DNA of 64,000 bases, from the NCBI GenBank assembly GCA_028286905.1, contig JAQBQP010000001.1:143114-207113 (forward strand). The letters run 5' to 3'. Below the pieces are notes generated by a model. The model had not been told where the DNA came from. It saw only the letters and a program-made list of their open reading frames with translations, and ran no database searches. Positions 11,384 through 21,374 of the stretch are shown one piece after another. Positions within the stretch are counted from its first letter, which is position 1. Each line of letters opens with the position of its first letter. Both the position numbers and the translations under genes were made by a program. This stretch comes from Candidatus Doudnabacteria bacterium (GTDB lineage: Bacteria > Patescibacteriota > Doudnabacteria > UBA920 > VMFF01).

Positions 11384-11457
11384 GACCCACTCCTGTTGAA
11401 TCCTGTTGTATTTTACGTCCGTTGCGTTATGCCAGTCAAACAAGTAATATTTAATAT

Positions 11458-13437
11458 ATGTTTAATTTGGAATCAAAATTCAAACCTAGCGGCGATCAGC
11501 CAACGGCAATCAAAGCTTTGATAAAATCGATTAAAAATGGCAACCGCGATCAGACGCTTTTAGGCGTGACCGGATCTGGAAAAACCTTTACGATGGCGAA
11601 TATTATCCAGGAGGTACAACGTCCAACTTTAATTATTTCTCATAATAAAACTTTAGCAGCGCAGCTGGCTTCAGAGTTTCAAGAATTTTTCCCGAACAAC
11701 GCCGTGCATTACTTTGTTTCTTATTACGATTACTACCAACCAGAAGCTTATATTCCCCGCAGTGATACTTATATAGAGAAGGAAACTCAGATCAACGAAG
11801 AAATTGATCGTTTGAGGAACGCCGCTACACAAAGCCTACTAACTCGAAAGGATGTAATTATTGTCGCTTCGGTCTCTTGTATCTACGGGTTAGGCAGCCC
11901 CGAAGATTACGAAAAACTTTCTTTAACTATAAAAAAGGGTGAGAAGTTTAAACGCGACGGTTTGCTTAGACGTTTAACGGATTTGCAGTTTTCTCGCAAT
12001 GATATCGATTTACATCGCGGAACTTTTAGAGTGCGCGGTGATATTTTAGAAATTGTTTTAGCAGGCGCTGAAGTAATTGTCCGAGTTTCCTTCTTTGGCG
12101 ATGATATCGAAAGAATTTCTGAGCATGATATTTTAACCGGCGAGGACATCAAAGACCTTGATCAAATCAAGATCTTCCCAGCGAAGCATTTCGTAACAAC
12201 ACAGGAAAAGCTTCAAGCGGCCAGCGAAAATATTCGCAACGAAATGATTGAGCAAGTGGCGAAGTTTCAAAAAGAAGGCAAGTTGATTGAAGCACAAAGG
12301 ATTCAACAGCGCACTACTTTTGATTTGGAATTAATGGCTACAACCGGTTTTGTAAATGGAATAGAAAACTATTCTAGGCATTTAGATTTTCGTAGCCCTG
12401 GCGATCCGCCATCAACCTTGATGCACTACTTTCCTGATGATTTCCTAATGTTTATAGATGAATCGCATATGACCATCTCTCAAATCGGTGCGATGTATGA
12501 AGGCGACCGCAGCCGCAAACAAACTTTGATTGACTATGGTTTTAGACTGCCTTCGGCCTTAGATAATCGCCCTTTGAAATTTGCAGAGTTTGAAAAGAAA
12601 GTAAACCAAGTGGTTTATGTTTCAGCTACTCCGTCAAAATTTGAAATTGAAAAATCAAAAGATACTGTCATTGCCGAACAATTAATTCGCCCAACAGGAT
12701 TATTGGATCCGGTTATTGAGATCAAGCCAATTAAAAACCAGATTGATGATTTAATAGAAGAAGTTCGCAAAAGAGTAAGTGTGCACCAACGTGTTTTGGT
12801 AACTACTTTAACTAAAAGAATGTCTGAAGAGCTTACTGAATACATGAAGGAGCTCGGAATCAAGGTCCAGTATTTACACTCCGAAGTAGAAACCTTTGAA
12901 CGTTTAGAAATTTTGCGCGATTTACGTCTTGGAATTTTTGATGTGATTGTTGGAATTAACTTACTGCGCGAAGGATTAGATTTACCGGAAGTTTCCTTAA
13001 TTGCAATTCTAGATGCCGACAAAGAAGGCTTCTTGCGGAGCGAAACTTCGTTGATGCAAATCATCGGACGCGCCGCTCGACACGTTGAAGGAAGAGTAAT
13101 TATGTATGCCGATAAAATTACCCGTTCAATGAAAGCTGCGATCGATGAAACTGAGCGCAGAAGAAAAATCCAAACTGCGTACAATAAAAAGCATGGCATT
13201 ACTCCGCAGACAATTATAAAAGCAATTCGCGAAAGCCGCTTAGCAGGTAGCAAAATTATTGAAGAAGAAATTGATCCAGCTGATGTGCGGCATATGGATA
13301 AGCAAGAGTTGCGTTATTATACCGACGAACTTGAAGAACAAATGGACTTGGCAGCAAGAAATATGGAATTTGAAAAAGCGGCAAAGATTCGAGACAGGAT
13401 TTCAGAAATTAGAAAGATTAAGAAGCTCCGCACCTAG
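11458..13437 (+). CDS. uvrB: excinuclease ABC subunit B
   Basis: [10 protein letters not shown] Walker A, helicase motifs and a C-terminal UvrB/UvrC interaction helix. A TTGCGT-17-TAATAT-7-ATG arrangement suggests a leaderless start. Confidence 0.95.
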   Translation: MFNLESKFKPSGDQPTAIKALIKSIKNGNRDQTLLGVTGSGKTFTMANIIQEVQRPTLIISHNKTLAAQLASEFQEFFPNNAVHYFVSYYDYYQPEAYIPRSDTYIEKETQINEEIDRLRNAATQSLLTRKDVIIVASVSCIYGLGSPEDYEKLSLTIKKGEKFKRDGLLRRLTDLQFSRNDIDLHRGTFRVRGDILEIVLAGAEVIVRVSFFGDDIERISEHDILTGEDIKDLDQIKIFPAKHFVTTQEKLQAASENIRNEMIEQVAKFQKEGKLIEAQRIQQRTTFDLELMATTGFVNGIENYSRHLDFRSPGDPPSTLMHYFPDDFLMFIDESHMTISQIGAMYEGDRSRKQTLIDYGFRLPSALDNRPLKFAEFEKKVNQVVYVSATPSKFEIEKSKDTVIAEQLIRPTGLLDPVIEIKPIKNQIDDLIEEVRKRVSVHQRVLVTTLTKRMSEELTEYMKELGIKVQYLHSEVETFERLEILRDLRLGIFDVIVGINLLREGLDLPEVSLIAILDADKEGFLRSETSLMQIIGRAARHVEGRVIMYADKITRSMKAAIDETERRRKIQTAYNKKHGITPQTIIKAIRESRLAGSKIIEEEIDPADVRHMDKQELRYYTDELEEQMDLAARNMEFEKAAKIRDRISEIRKIKKLRT

Positions 13438-13522
13438 GCTTGATTTAATGCACCAAACATGGTAAATTATTGCTATCCCGTTTTATCCTCTAAATAAAAC
13501 AATTAATTTATAAGCAAGCTAA

Positions 13523-13780
13523 ATGCCAAATACAAAGAGCGCCGCTAAAGCCATGAGGCAGTCAGCGCGCAAGCGTGAGTTCAATCTAAAAGTTAAAGAT
13601 GCAGTGAAGCGAAGCGTTAAGGAAGTACGTAAGCTAATCAAGGAAGGCAAGAAGACTGAAGCCGCTGAAGCAATGAAGCGCGCAATGGCCGCCCTAGATA
13701 AAGCTGCTAAGAAAGGTGTTGTTCATAAGAACCATGCCTCCCGTAAGAAATCCAGACTTGCAAAATCTTTAGCTAAATAA
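13523..13780 (+). CDS. rpsT: 30S ribosomal protein S20
   Basis: MPNTKSAAKAMRQSARKRE... is a typical S20. Confidence 0.85.
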   Translation: MPNTKSAAKAMRQSARKREFNLKVKDAVKRSVKEVRKLIKEGKKTEAAEAMKRAMAALDKAAKKGVVHKNHASRKKSRLAKSLAK

Positions 13781-13792
13781 TCATCAAAAAAG

Positions 13793-13826
13793 CCAATAAA
13801 TCCCCTGTTTTAGGGGATTTTTTGTT
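13793..13826 (+). terminator. intrinsic terminator (aatcccctgttttaggggatttttt)
   Basis: Hairpin plus T-run after rpsT. Confidence 0.6.
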
Positions 13827-13956
13827 ACATAACCACTATCGTCAGCTCCTTGACTTTTAGACGTATTTATGATACTATGGTGGATACCTAATTTTAAGGT
13901 ATTCCACGCGTCGCAAGGCGCTTAGCACGTTCACAATGTCTGGGAGGACTACACAG

Positions 13957-15132
13957 ATGTTTAAGATTCGACCCAACACTCGCGTTCGCGCGGCTATTGC
14001 CATCCTGGCATTAGCCCCAGTCTTGACAGCATGCAACAGCGAGGGTGTCACCGGTGTCAGCGCCAACCCGCCGACCTACCCCGGACCCGCCGGACCGACG
14101 ATCCCTAAGAAGACCTGCTCCGACGATCCGACCACAGGACAGCCCTGCATCAACGGCTATCCCTGGAGCAGCGTCGGCGCGATCGACCTGCCAAACGCGG
14201 TAACCGCGATGCTGGTCACCCCCGATGACAAGACCGCCTACGTCGGCGAGGGCAACCTCGTTCAACAGTATGCGGTTTTGACGGACAGCCTTCCGGCCGT
14301 TCGCCTCCAGGCTGTCGGCTCTCCGATCGGGATCGCCAGCAATGGGCGGCAATTCACGCTCTGCAACGGCCAGATCACCGCTCCGTACGGCACCAGCGGC
14401 ATCAGCATGATCGACCCTGCAACACAGACGTCGATCACTCTGCCGACGCTGACCAACAACAAGATCAGCAGCCTATCGTGCTCTCCAGGGAATTCAATCC
14501 TGGTGATAACCGATACGAACGGCGCAGTGCTCCGGTACAACTACGCAACAAAGACGACGCTTCCGATTATTCGCGACACAACGCGAATGGGAGTGCCTGC
14601 CTTCGCCGCGCAGAACCCATCCGGCACCGCTTTCATCGCTGCGAACTTCTCGGAGCGATACCAGAGCGGACAAATCGGGGTAAACTCGCCGATGCTGATC
14701 AGCCTCACGAACAGCAACACCAACGGAGTGTACTTCCCATCAAGCGGCGCGGCACTGCCAATCAACGGCGTGACGTACGGCAGCTGGGCCGCGACCATCT
14801 CCGAAGACAAAAACCTTCGTGTGTATGATGCGGTGCTTCCCAACGGCCAGTTTCCGGAACACTGCATGATGCCGCTTCCGGGGATACCTACCACCGTGAC
14901 AGCCGCCGACAACAGCAACCTCCTCGCAGTCGGCGTCCCGTTTAGCGCCACCGGCAATAAGGTGATCATCTATCGCGCCAACCCTGGCCGCCAGGCAGGC
15001 TGCGACAAGATCTTCGAGGCCGACAATTCCGTCGCGAACTCGCCGATCAAGGCGCTGCACTTCAGCGCTTCTGGTGCACACCTCTTTGTCGCCAGCGGCA
15101 ATCGAATCATCGTACTGGTCGCGAACAAGTAA
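13957..15132 (+). CDS. putative secreted lipoprotein (GC-rich islet), probable beta-propeller/repeat protein
   Basis: GGGAGGA SD 8 nt upstream of ATG 13957. MFKIRPNTRVRAAIAILALAPVLTAC is a signal peptide with an LTAC lipobox. About 62% GC against a roughly 38% background. The track ORF starts at 13936. Confidence 0.5.
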   Translation: MFKIRPNTRVRAAIAILALAPVLTACNSEGVTGVSANPPTYPGPAGPTIPKKTCSDDPTTGQPCINGYPWSSVGAIDLPNAVTAMLVTPDDKTAYVGEGNLVQQYAVLTDSLPAVRLQAVGSPIGIASNGRQFTLCNGQITAPYGTSGISMIDPATQTSITLPTLTNNKISSLSCSPGNSILVITDTNGAVLRYNYATKTTLPIIRDTTRMGVPAFAAQNPSGTAFIAANFSERYQSGQIGVNSPMLISLTNSNTNGVYFPSSGAALPINGVTYGSWAATISEDKNLRVYDAVLPNGQFPEHCMMPLPGIPTTVTAADNSNLLAVGVPFSATGNKVIIYRANPGRQAGCDKIFEADNSVANSPIKALHFSASGAHLFVASGNRIIVLVANK

Positions 15133-15164
15133 GTTCGCACTACGAACGAACATCTGAAAACAAA

Positions 15165-15215
15165 CGAGCTCTCTTGGTTAACGCATTCCGCGTTATCCTC
15201 GAGAGCTCCTTTTTT
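15165..15215. terminator. bidirectional terminator (gagctctc...gagagctc plus T-run)
   Basis: Hairpin between the convergent lipoprotein gene and polA. Confidence 0.5.
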
Positions 15216-15231
15216 TATTTTTAAATTTTAT

Positions 15232-17991
15232 TTAATTCATCTCGCCCCAGTTTTGTCCGACTTTAGATTCCGCCACCAACGGCACATTTAACTTGTAAGC
15301 GTTCTGCATGATTTCTTTAATCTGTTTTGCGTATTTTTCTTCTGTCCCTTTTTTTACTTCGAAGACTAATTCATCGTGGACCTGAAGGAGTAATTTTATT
15401 TCCTCAGATTGGATGTTTATTTCTTTTACAACGTTTTGCATTGCAATTTTTAAGATATCCGCGGCTAAGGATTGAATTGGCATGTTAATTGCAGCGCGTT
15501 CGGCTGCGGCGCGAACCATAAACTGCGAGGAGTTCAACTCTGGCATATAAAGTTTTCGACCTGCTTCATTTATAACGTAACCGCTCTTCTTAGCTTCTTC
15601 AATTACTACCTTCAAATACTTTTCTACTGACGGGAAGCGTTGAAAGTATTTTTTTATAAAGTCCGCAGCCTCAGCTCGGTTCATCGCTACACGCTCCGAT
15701 AACCCAAAGGAGGAGACCCCGTAAAGAACTCCAAAGTTTATAGTTTTGGCGTCGCGACGCATCTCTTTGGTAATTTTGGACGCATCCCTGATATCATAAA
15801 GCTGCATTGCCGTTGCAGTATGAATATCTTCATTGCTCTTAAAAACTTCGGTCATTGTTTTGTCACCGGACAAATGCGCCACTACTCGTAATTCGATTTG
15901 TGAATAATCTACTGCTAACAGTAAATTACCTGGTGCAGCAATAAATCCTTTTCTAATTTCGCTGGCTACGCCGCTGCTGCCAACTGGAATGTTTTGTAAA
16001 TTTGGATTTGTTGAAGAAAGCCTTCCGGTAGAAGCGATAGTTTGATTATAGTTCGTATGCAATCGGCCATCTTTTTTTGAAACCTGGGAAGGTAAAGTAG
16101 TAATGTAGGTCGACTGTAACTTAGTTAGCTCGCGATATCCGGAAATTGCATCAATGATCGGATGCAGGCCACGCATCTTTTCCAACTCTGAAGCGGCAGT
16201 AGAATAGCCTGTTTTTGTTTTCTTTATAAAACCAACCTGCTTTTGCAGCTCCATCTTATCAAACAAAATTACTTTCATTTGAGTGGGAGAGTTTATATTA
16301 AATTCCTCACCCGCCAATTCATGAATTTTCTTTTCTAATTTATTAATTTCTTTCTGAACTTCCTTTTCCAGTCTTTTGAAAAGTGGTATATCAAGTAAGA
16401 TTCCATTTTCTTCTATTTCGGCAAGGATCAAAATCAAAGGCATTTCGATTTTAAAGAATACATCCAGTAAGTTTTCCTGCTCTAATCTTGGCAGTAGTAT
16501 TTTTTTTAAACGAAATGTGTAATCGACGTCTTCACAACCATAAAAAGTAATTTTATCCAGCGGCACATCCCTCATATTCCCCTGGTCCTTGCCTTTACCA
16601 ATCAGCTCCGCGATCGGCTGCATCTGATAGCCAAACTCATTAAAAGCCAAACTATCCAAGTCGTGAGTACGCGAACCTGGCGCTAGCAAATAAGAAGCGA
16701 TCATCGTATCGAAGTACAAATTTTTTACTTCTATTCCAAATTGTTTTAAAACTAAATAATCGTATTTTATATTGTGCGCGATTTTCCCAATTTTCGGATC
16801 GGAAAAAACTTTGCGCAAACCATCAAAGTCGTTTACTAACAACAAGCTAGCAGGAACATAATAAGCTTCGCCCTCTGCGTACGAGAAGGATATTCCGACC
16901 AAATCAAATTCTAGCGCACCCAAACCTTCGTTTTCGGTGTCGAATGCGAATTCTTTTTGCTTCAAAAGATTAGTTGATAGTTGGTGCAGTTTTTCTGCAG
17001 TATCAATTAAATAATACTTATCACTTTTCTTTGCCTCGATCTTTACCGCATCTTCTGCACTAAGTTCCTTTCGGCCTTCAACTTTTGGCAGCTTCGGAAT
17101 CAGTGATTTAAATTCCAGCTCCTGGAAGATTTGAACAATCACTTCGTAATTAATTTCTGAGAATTTATAAGGAAGGAAATTAAAGTCAATTGGTACATCG
17201 CAAATAATCTTCGACAGATCGTAAGACATTTCAATTTGTTCGCGATCGGTTTCAAATACTGAATATTTTTTTGCTTTGGCTTTAACCTTATCCAAATTTT
17301 TAAAAATGTTTTCTAAGCTGCCAAATTCTTTTACCAAATCTAAAGCGCCTTTCTCTCCAATACCCGGCGCGCCGGGAATGTTATCTGAGGGATCACCTTT
17401 AATTGCTTTAAAGTCTAAGATCTGGGAAGGCTTAATTCCGTACCTTTCGAAGATCGCTTCCTTATTATATATTCTGGCATCAGCAAGACCCTGAACTGCA
17501 GCGTAAATTTTTACGTGATCAGTGACCAACTGCAATGTATCTAAATCTCCGGTAACGATAAATACTTCGAAGTCAGTTGCTTTGTTTTCTTCTTGAATCT
17601 TTTGCGCCAAAGTGCCGAGCATGTCATCTGCTTCAAACCCTTTCATCTCATAAATGGGAATGCCAAGGTTTTTTACCACTTCTTTTATTCTCGGAAATTG
17701 AGCGTACAGTTCGTCGGCAGCTTTAACTCTGGTTCCTTTATATTCTTTGTATTTCTCATGTCGAAAAGTTGGCGACGCCAAATCAAAGGTCAGCGCAATA
17801 TGAGTCGGATTCAGATCTTTAATCGCCTTAAGTAAGATCACAGCAAAACCGTAAACTGCGTTAGTCGGTTCGCCACTTTTAGTAGAGAGATGCTGGATAG
17901 CGTGAAAAGCCCGATGCACCAAAGCATTTCCATCCACAAGCATGTACTTTTTAGAGTTTTTCTTAGTTTTTGTGCCAGTTGTTGTAGCCAT
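15232..17991 (-). CDS. polA: DNA polymerase I
   Basis: 919 aa with 5'-3' exonuclease, 3'-5' exonuclease-like and family A polymerase motifs. Confidence 0.95.
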   Translation of the reverse strand: MATTTGTKTKKNSKKYMLVDGNALVHRAFHAIQHLSTKSGEPTNAVYGFAVILLKAIKDLNPTHIALTFDLASPTFRHEKYKEYKGTRVKAADELYAQFPRIKEVVKNLGIPIYEMKGFEADDMLGTLAQKIQEENKATDFEVFIVTGDLDTLQLVTDHVKIYAAVQGLADARIYNKEAIFERYGIKPSQILDFKAIKGDPSDNIPGAPGIGEKGALDLVKEFGSLENIFKNLDKVKAKAKKYSVFETDREQIEMSYDLSKIICDVPIDFNFLPYKFSEINYEVIVQIFQELEFKSLIPKLPKVEGRKELSAEDAVKIEAKKSDKYYLIDTAEKLHQLSTNLLKQKEFAFDTENEGLGALEFDLVGISFSYAEGEAYYVPASLLLVNDFDGLRKVFSDPKIGKIAHNIKYDYLVLKQFGIEVKNLYFDTMIASYLLAPGSRTHDLDSLAFNEFGYQMQPIAELIGKGKDQGNMRDVPLDKITFYGCEDVDYTFRLKKILLPRLEQENLLDVFFKIEMPLILILAEIEENGILLDIPLFKRLEKEVQKEINKLEKKIHELAGEEFNINSPTQMKVILFDKMELQKQVGFIKKTKTGYSTAASELEKMRGLHPIIDAISGYRELTKLQSTYITTLPSQVSKKDGRLHTNYNQTIASTGRLSSTNPNLQNIPVGSSGVASEIRKGFIAAPGNLLLAVDYSQIELRVVAHLSGDKTMTEVFKSNEDIHTATAMQLYDIRDASKITKEMRRDAKTINFGVLYGVSSFGLSERVAMNRAEAADFIKKYFQRFPSVEKYLKVVIEEAKKSGYVINEAGRKLYMPELNSSQFMVRAAAERAAINMPIQSLAADILKIAMQNVVKEINIQSEEIKLLLQVHDELVFEVKKGTEEKYAKQIKEIMQNAYKLNVPLVAESKVGQNWGEMN

Positions 17992-18023
17992 ATATAAGAT
18001 TATAGCAGGTTAATTTAAAGAAA

Positions 18024-18052
18024 AAACACCGCGATATCCAATCGCGGTGTAA
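18024..18052 (-). terminator. intrinsic terminator after pilB (caccgcgat...tcgcggtg plus U-run on minus strand)
   Basis: Seen in sequence. Confidence 0.5.
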
Positions 18053-18063
18053 GCCTAATTTAA

Positions 18064-19698
18064 CTATTCTTGTGTTACTCTAAACACTTCTTCAACATCG
18101 GTTAAGCCTTGTAGCGCTTTTAGCAACCCGTCCTGCATCATTGTAATCATACCTTCAGCCAACATCGCCTTTTTAATTTCTCCACTGCCGGCGCCGGACA
18201 TAATCAATTTTTCTAAAAGATCAGATTTAACAATTACCTCGTAAATTCCAAGCCGGCCTTTGTAACCACTCTTGTTACAAGCTTGGCAACCTTTTGCGCT
18301 ATAAAATTTTAATTCTTTTGGAATTTGCACTTCTGCTTTTGAAGAGATAGTTTCAAAAATATCTTTTACTTTTTTCAACAGATCCAGTTCCAAAGATTTT
18401 TCCTGTTTGCACTCCTTGCACAAAAGCCGGACTAAGCGCTGTGCGATAATCGCATTCAAACCTGGGGCGATTACAAACGGCTTCACGCCCATGTTCTCTA
18501 ATCTTGGAATTGCACCCGCAGCGTCATTGGTGTGCAAAGTAGAAAGCACGACGTGCCCAGTTAACGCGGCTTGCAAAGCTACTTCCGCTGTTTCCTGATC
18601 TCGAATTTCTCCAACCATCACCACATCGGGATCTTGTCTTAAAATAGAGCGTAACCCTGAAGCGAAGGTCAGACCTCCACCAATTGGAGTTTGGTTAATT
18701 CCTTCCAACTTATATTCCACCGGATCTTCGAGAGTAATAATTTTTACCCCTGGCTCGTTAAGCTGATTTAGAAAAGCGTATAAGGTTGTGGTCTTACCAG
18801 AGCCAGTTGGTCCGGTGGTTATGATCATACCGTTGGGCTTTTCCAATTCGGCTTTGATCAAATCGTAAGACCGTCCGACAAAACCCAAATCATCCAAGTG
18901 CAAATTAACCGCTTGGTTTGAGAGCACTCGCATCACAATTCCCTCGCCATAAACTGAAGGCAAAATCGAAACACGAACATCAATTGATTTTAAGCCGATC
19001 GTAAAAGAGAGCCTGCCATCTTGAGGAACATTTTCAATGTTCAATTTCAGTTTCGATAAAATTTTAATTCTCGAAACAATTGTTTTTTGATAATCTTTAG
19101 AAAGTCTTAAAACATCCTGCAGCACGCCATCCATCCTAAATCGAACCTTTATATAGGTTTCTTCAGGTTCAATATGTATATCCGAACTGCCATAATTATT
19201 TGCGGCTCCAAAAATTGTCGCTAATATCTGGGTCGCTGGCAAACCTGTTTTATTTTCTAAGACCTTCAGCTCAGGGATATAATCCTTTTGTGGCTGAACC
19301 TTAACCACCTCTTCAGTAACTGCCTTAACCCGGACGATTTTATCGAACAAATCAAACATTTGCTTCAAGCTGCTTTGAGAAATAAAATAAACCTGAGATT
19401 TAAATTTTTCATTTTCCAAATCCTGTACCAGTTTTTTCAACAATGGATTGTGCGGCTCGGTACTGCCAATTCTAATATCGTTACCATCCTTAAAAAAAAT
19501 CACCGAACTTGATTCTTTACTGTCTCGTGCCGACCACATCCCCATTGCATTTAAATCAACAGGAAAAGATGATAGGTCAATGTAAGGAACCTTCAAAGCC
19601 AAAGACTTCTCAGCCGCCTGATCTTCTTCCATCTTTCTATTAGCGCTCGAAAATTTTCTTAAAAAATCTTTTTGTTTCTGATCATCTTGAAATAACAT
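18064..19698 (-). CDS. pilB: type IV pilus assembly / type II secretion ATPase (PilB/GspE family)
   Basis: GPTGSGKTTT Walker A, TLEDPVEY, C-terminal CxxC...CxxC zinc motif. Confidence 0.85.
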   Translation of the reverse strand: MLFQDDQKQKDFLRKFSSANRKMEEDQAAEKSLALKVPYIDLSSFPVDLNAMGMWSARDSKESSSVIFFKDGNDIRIGSTEPHNPLLKKLVQDLENEKFKSQVYFISQSSLKQMFDLFDKIVRVKAVTEEVVKVQPQKDYIPELKVLENKTGLPATQILATIFGAANNYGSSDIHIEPEETYIKVRFRMDGVLQDVLRLSKDYQKTIVSRIKILSKLKLNIENVPQDGRLSFTIGLKSIDVRVSILPSVYGEGIVMRVLSNQAVNLHLDDLGFVGRSYDLIKAELEKPNGMIITTGPTGSGKTTTLYAFLNQLNEPGVKIITLEDPVEYKLEGINQTPIGGGLTFASGLRSILRQDPDVVMVGEIRDQETAEVALQAALTGHVVLSTLHTNDAAGAIPRLENMGVKPFVIAPGLNAIIAQRLVRLLCKECKQEKSLELDLLKKVKDIFETISSKAEVQIPKELKFYSAKGCQACNKSGYKGRLGIYEVIVKSDLLEKLIMSGAGSGEIKKAMLAEGMITMMQDGLLKALQGLTDVEEVFRVTQE

Positions 19699-19710
19699 AC
19701 CTCAAGTATA

Positions 19711-20856
19711 CTACAGTCCTAATCGTGGCTTCAACTCAGTTAGAGCCTTAACAATTATACTTTCAACTTCTGTGATCGCTTTGTCCTTAATTTCAAATTT
19801 TGCCAATGAATCCGATACAAAACTGCCGCCGAAATAATTTACTAATTCTTGAAGCTTAATGTTCGGGTTTGAACTTACAAATACTTCAACAAAATTTTGT
19901 TGTTCAACCGCTAAAAATGAAAGTTTTGAATCGGTAATACTTGCCGCAAGGTCCTCAGCAACTTTCAAAATTACGACTTGATCCGCTTCTGATTTTTCGA
20001 TATCCTGTAAACTGACTACTGAGTAAGTGCTTGAAAATTCCGGCAAGGCTTTGATTCGAGCCATCGCTCTGCCCCAAAGCTTTAAAACCGGAAGCTCCTT
20101 GGTTTTAAATAAATTTTTTATAATTTCCTGTTGCTTTGCGCCCAAGGAAATTAATTCTGAAGCTTTCAAAAAAGAATTCGGTGTAGTTTTATTATGCTGA
20201 AAACTGTTTGTTTCGGCGATAATCCCAGTTAAAAGATTTGTGGCGATCCGTTCATCAATTAAACCGCCTTCATATTTTTTCAAAAGGTCTAGCAAAATCT
20301 CAGACGTAGACGAAGCGGTAACATCGACAATATTAATATTCGCATAGTTATCGTTAGTGATGTGATTATCAATATTAACCTTTGGAATACTGAAAAACAT
20401 TTCCGCATTTTTTTCATACAAAGCGCCAAGTGACTCTAGCGAAGGCGTATCGATGCAAATAATTAAATCAAATCCTGGAAATTCGCTGTTGAAGCTAAGA
20501 TCTTTTTCTGAAAAATTTCCTTGTTTTGGCTTCAAGTAAATATTCACCTTGTCAGGCAAAACATTATAGCTAAGCTCTTCAAGCTTCGCGTTTTCAGTAG
20601 AAAGGGATATCACGAAACTTTTTGGGAAAACTATTTCGTGTTTAATTGTTTCAACGCCTGGCAAAAACGAAAGGTTTCCAAAATCTTCTTTTTGGCAATA
20701 AATTTCTACTTGCTTATTCATTTTTTTCAAGAATTCAGCCAAAGCTAAACTGCCGCCGAGGGTATCGCCATTCGGACTAGCTGGTAAAGCCATTATAATT
20801 CTTTGGGATTTACCTAAAAGTTCAAATAATTGTTCAACTTCTGGGAGTTCGAGCAT
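19711..20856 (-). CDS. DHH/DHHA1 phosphoesterase-like protein (NrnA-like) with degenerate catalytic motifs
   Basis: NGDTLGG sits where DGDxLG is expected. NIDNH sits where the DHH motif is expected. FGGSF sits where GGGH is expected. Confidence 0.4.
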   Translation of the reverse strand: MLELPEVEQLFELLGKSQRIIMALPASPNGDTLGGSLALAEFLKKMNKQVEIYCQKEDFGNLSFLPGVETIKHEIVFPKSFVISLSTENAKLEELSYNVLPDKVNIYLKPKQGNFSEKDLSFNSEFPGFDLIICIDTPSLESLGALYEKNAEMFFSIPKVNIDNHITNDNYANINIVDVTASSTSEILLDLLKKYEGGLIDERIATNLLTGIIAETNSFQHNKTTPNSFLKASELISLGAKQQEIIKNLFKTKELPVLKLWGRAMARIKALPEFSSTYSVVSLQDIEKSEADQVVILKVAEDLAASITDSKLSFLAVEQQNFVEVFVSSNPNIKLQELVNYFGGSFVSDSLAKFEIKDKAITEVESIIVKALTELKPRLGL

Positions 20857-20912
20857 AGTTGATCAATATACCGAAAATAGCCTTTTTTCGCAAGTGCTGA
20901 TAAAATGAGCTT

Positions 20913-21374
20913 ATGAATATTGAGATTCTCTCGCTTTCAGAGCTAAAAATGTTCGCCAAGAAAATTGCGACAAATCTAAAAGGGGGCGAAACTATTGCTT
21001 TAATTGGCAATCTTGGAGCAGGTAAAACAACCTTTACTAAACTATTACTTAAGGCATCTGGCGTTCGTAAAAACATTACAAGCCCAACCTTTGTAATTAT
21101 GTTACCCTATAAGACCAAGCATTGGACATTTTACCATATCGACCTTTACCGAATTGGCAGCTATAAAGAAGTACAGGCATTGGGAATTCCGGATAACTGG
21201 AACAGGCGGTCAAATGTCTTCGTCATAGAGTGGGCGGATCTAATCAAAAAACATCTGCCAAAAAATACAATATTTTTAGAATTTAAAGTCAGTGAGTCAT
21301 CCGACTCAACAACTGCCAGAACCATAACCATAAAAAATGCCTCGAAAGTTTTTCAGAAAAATATTAGTCGTTAG
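20913..21374 (+). CDS. tsaE: tRNA threonylcarbamoyladenosine biosynthesis ATPase TsaE
   Basis: GNLGAGKTTF P-loop, SPTF motif, about 150 aa. Confidence 0.7.
   Translation: MNIEILSLSELKMFAKKIATNLKGGETIALIGNLGAGKTTFTKLLLKASGVRKNITSPTFVIMLPYKTKHWTFYHIDLYRIGSYKEVQALGIPDNWNRRSNVFVIEWADLIKKHLPKNTIFLEFKVSESSDSTTARTITIKNASKVFQKNISR

Noticed and set aside
11156-11521. 121-aa plus-strand ORF spanning the ruvA-uvrB islet
   Set aside because: It reads through the uvrB start out of frame and has no SD. If the islet is coding at all, the minus-strand 61-aa frame with AGGAG is the better candidate.
13875-15153. Minus-strand ORFs 14011..14352, 14262..14540, 14541..14969, 14740..15153 and plus-strand 14478..14828 inside the lipoprotein islet
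   Set aside because: Same GC-rich open-frame artefact. Only the plus-strand frame has an SD, a signal peptide and a terminator.
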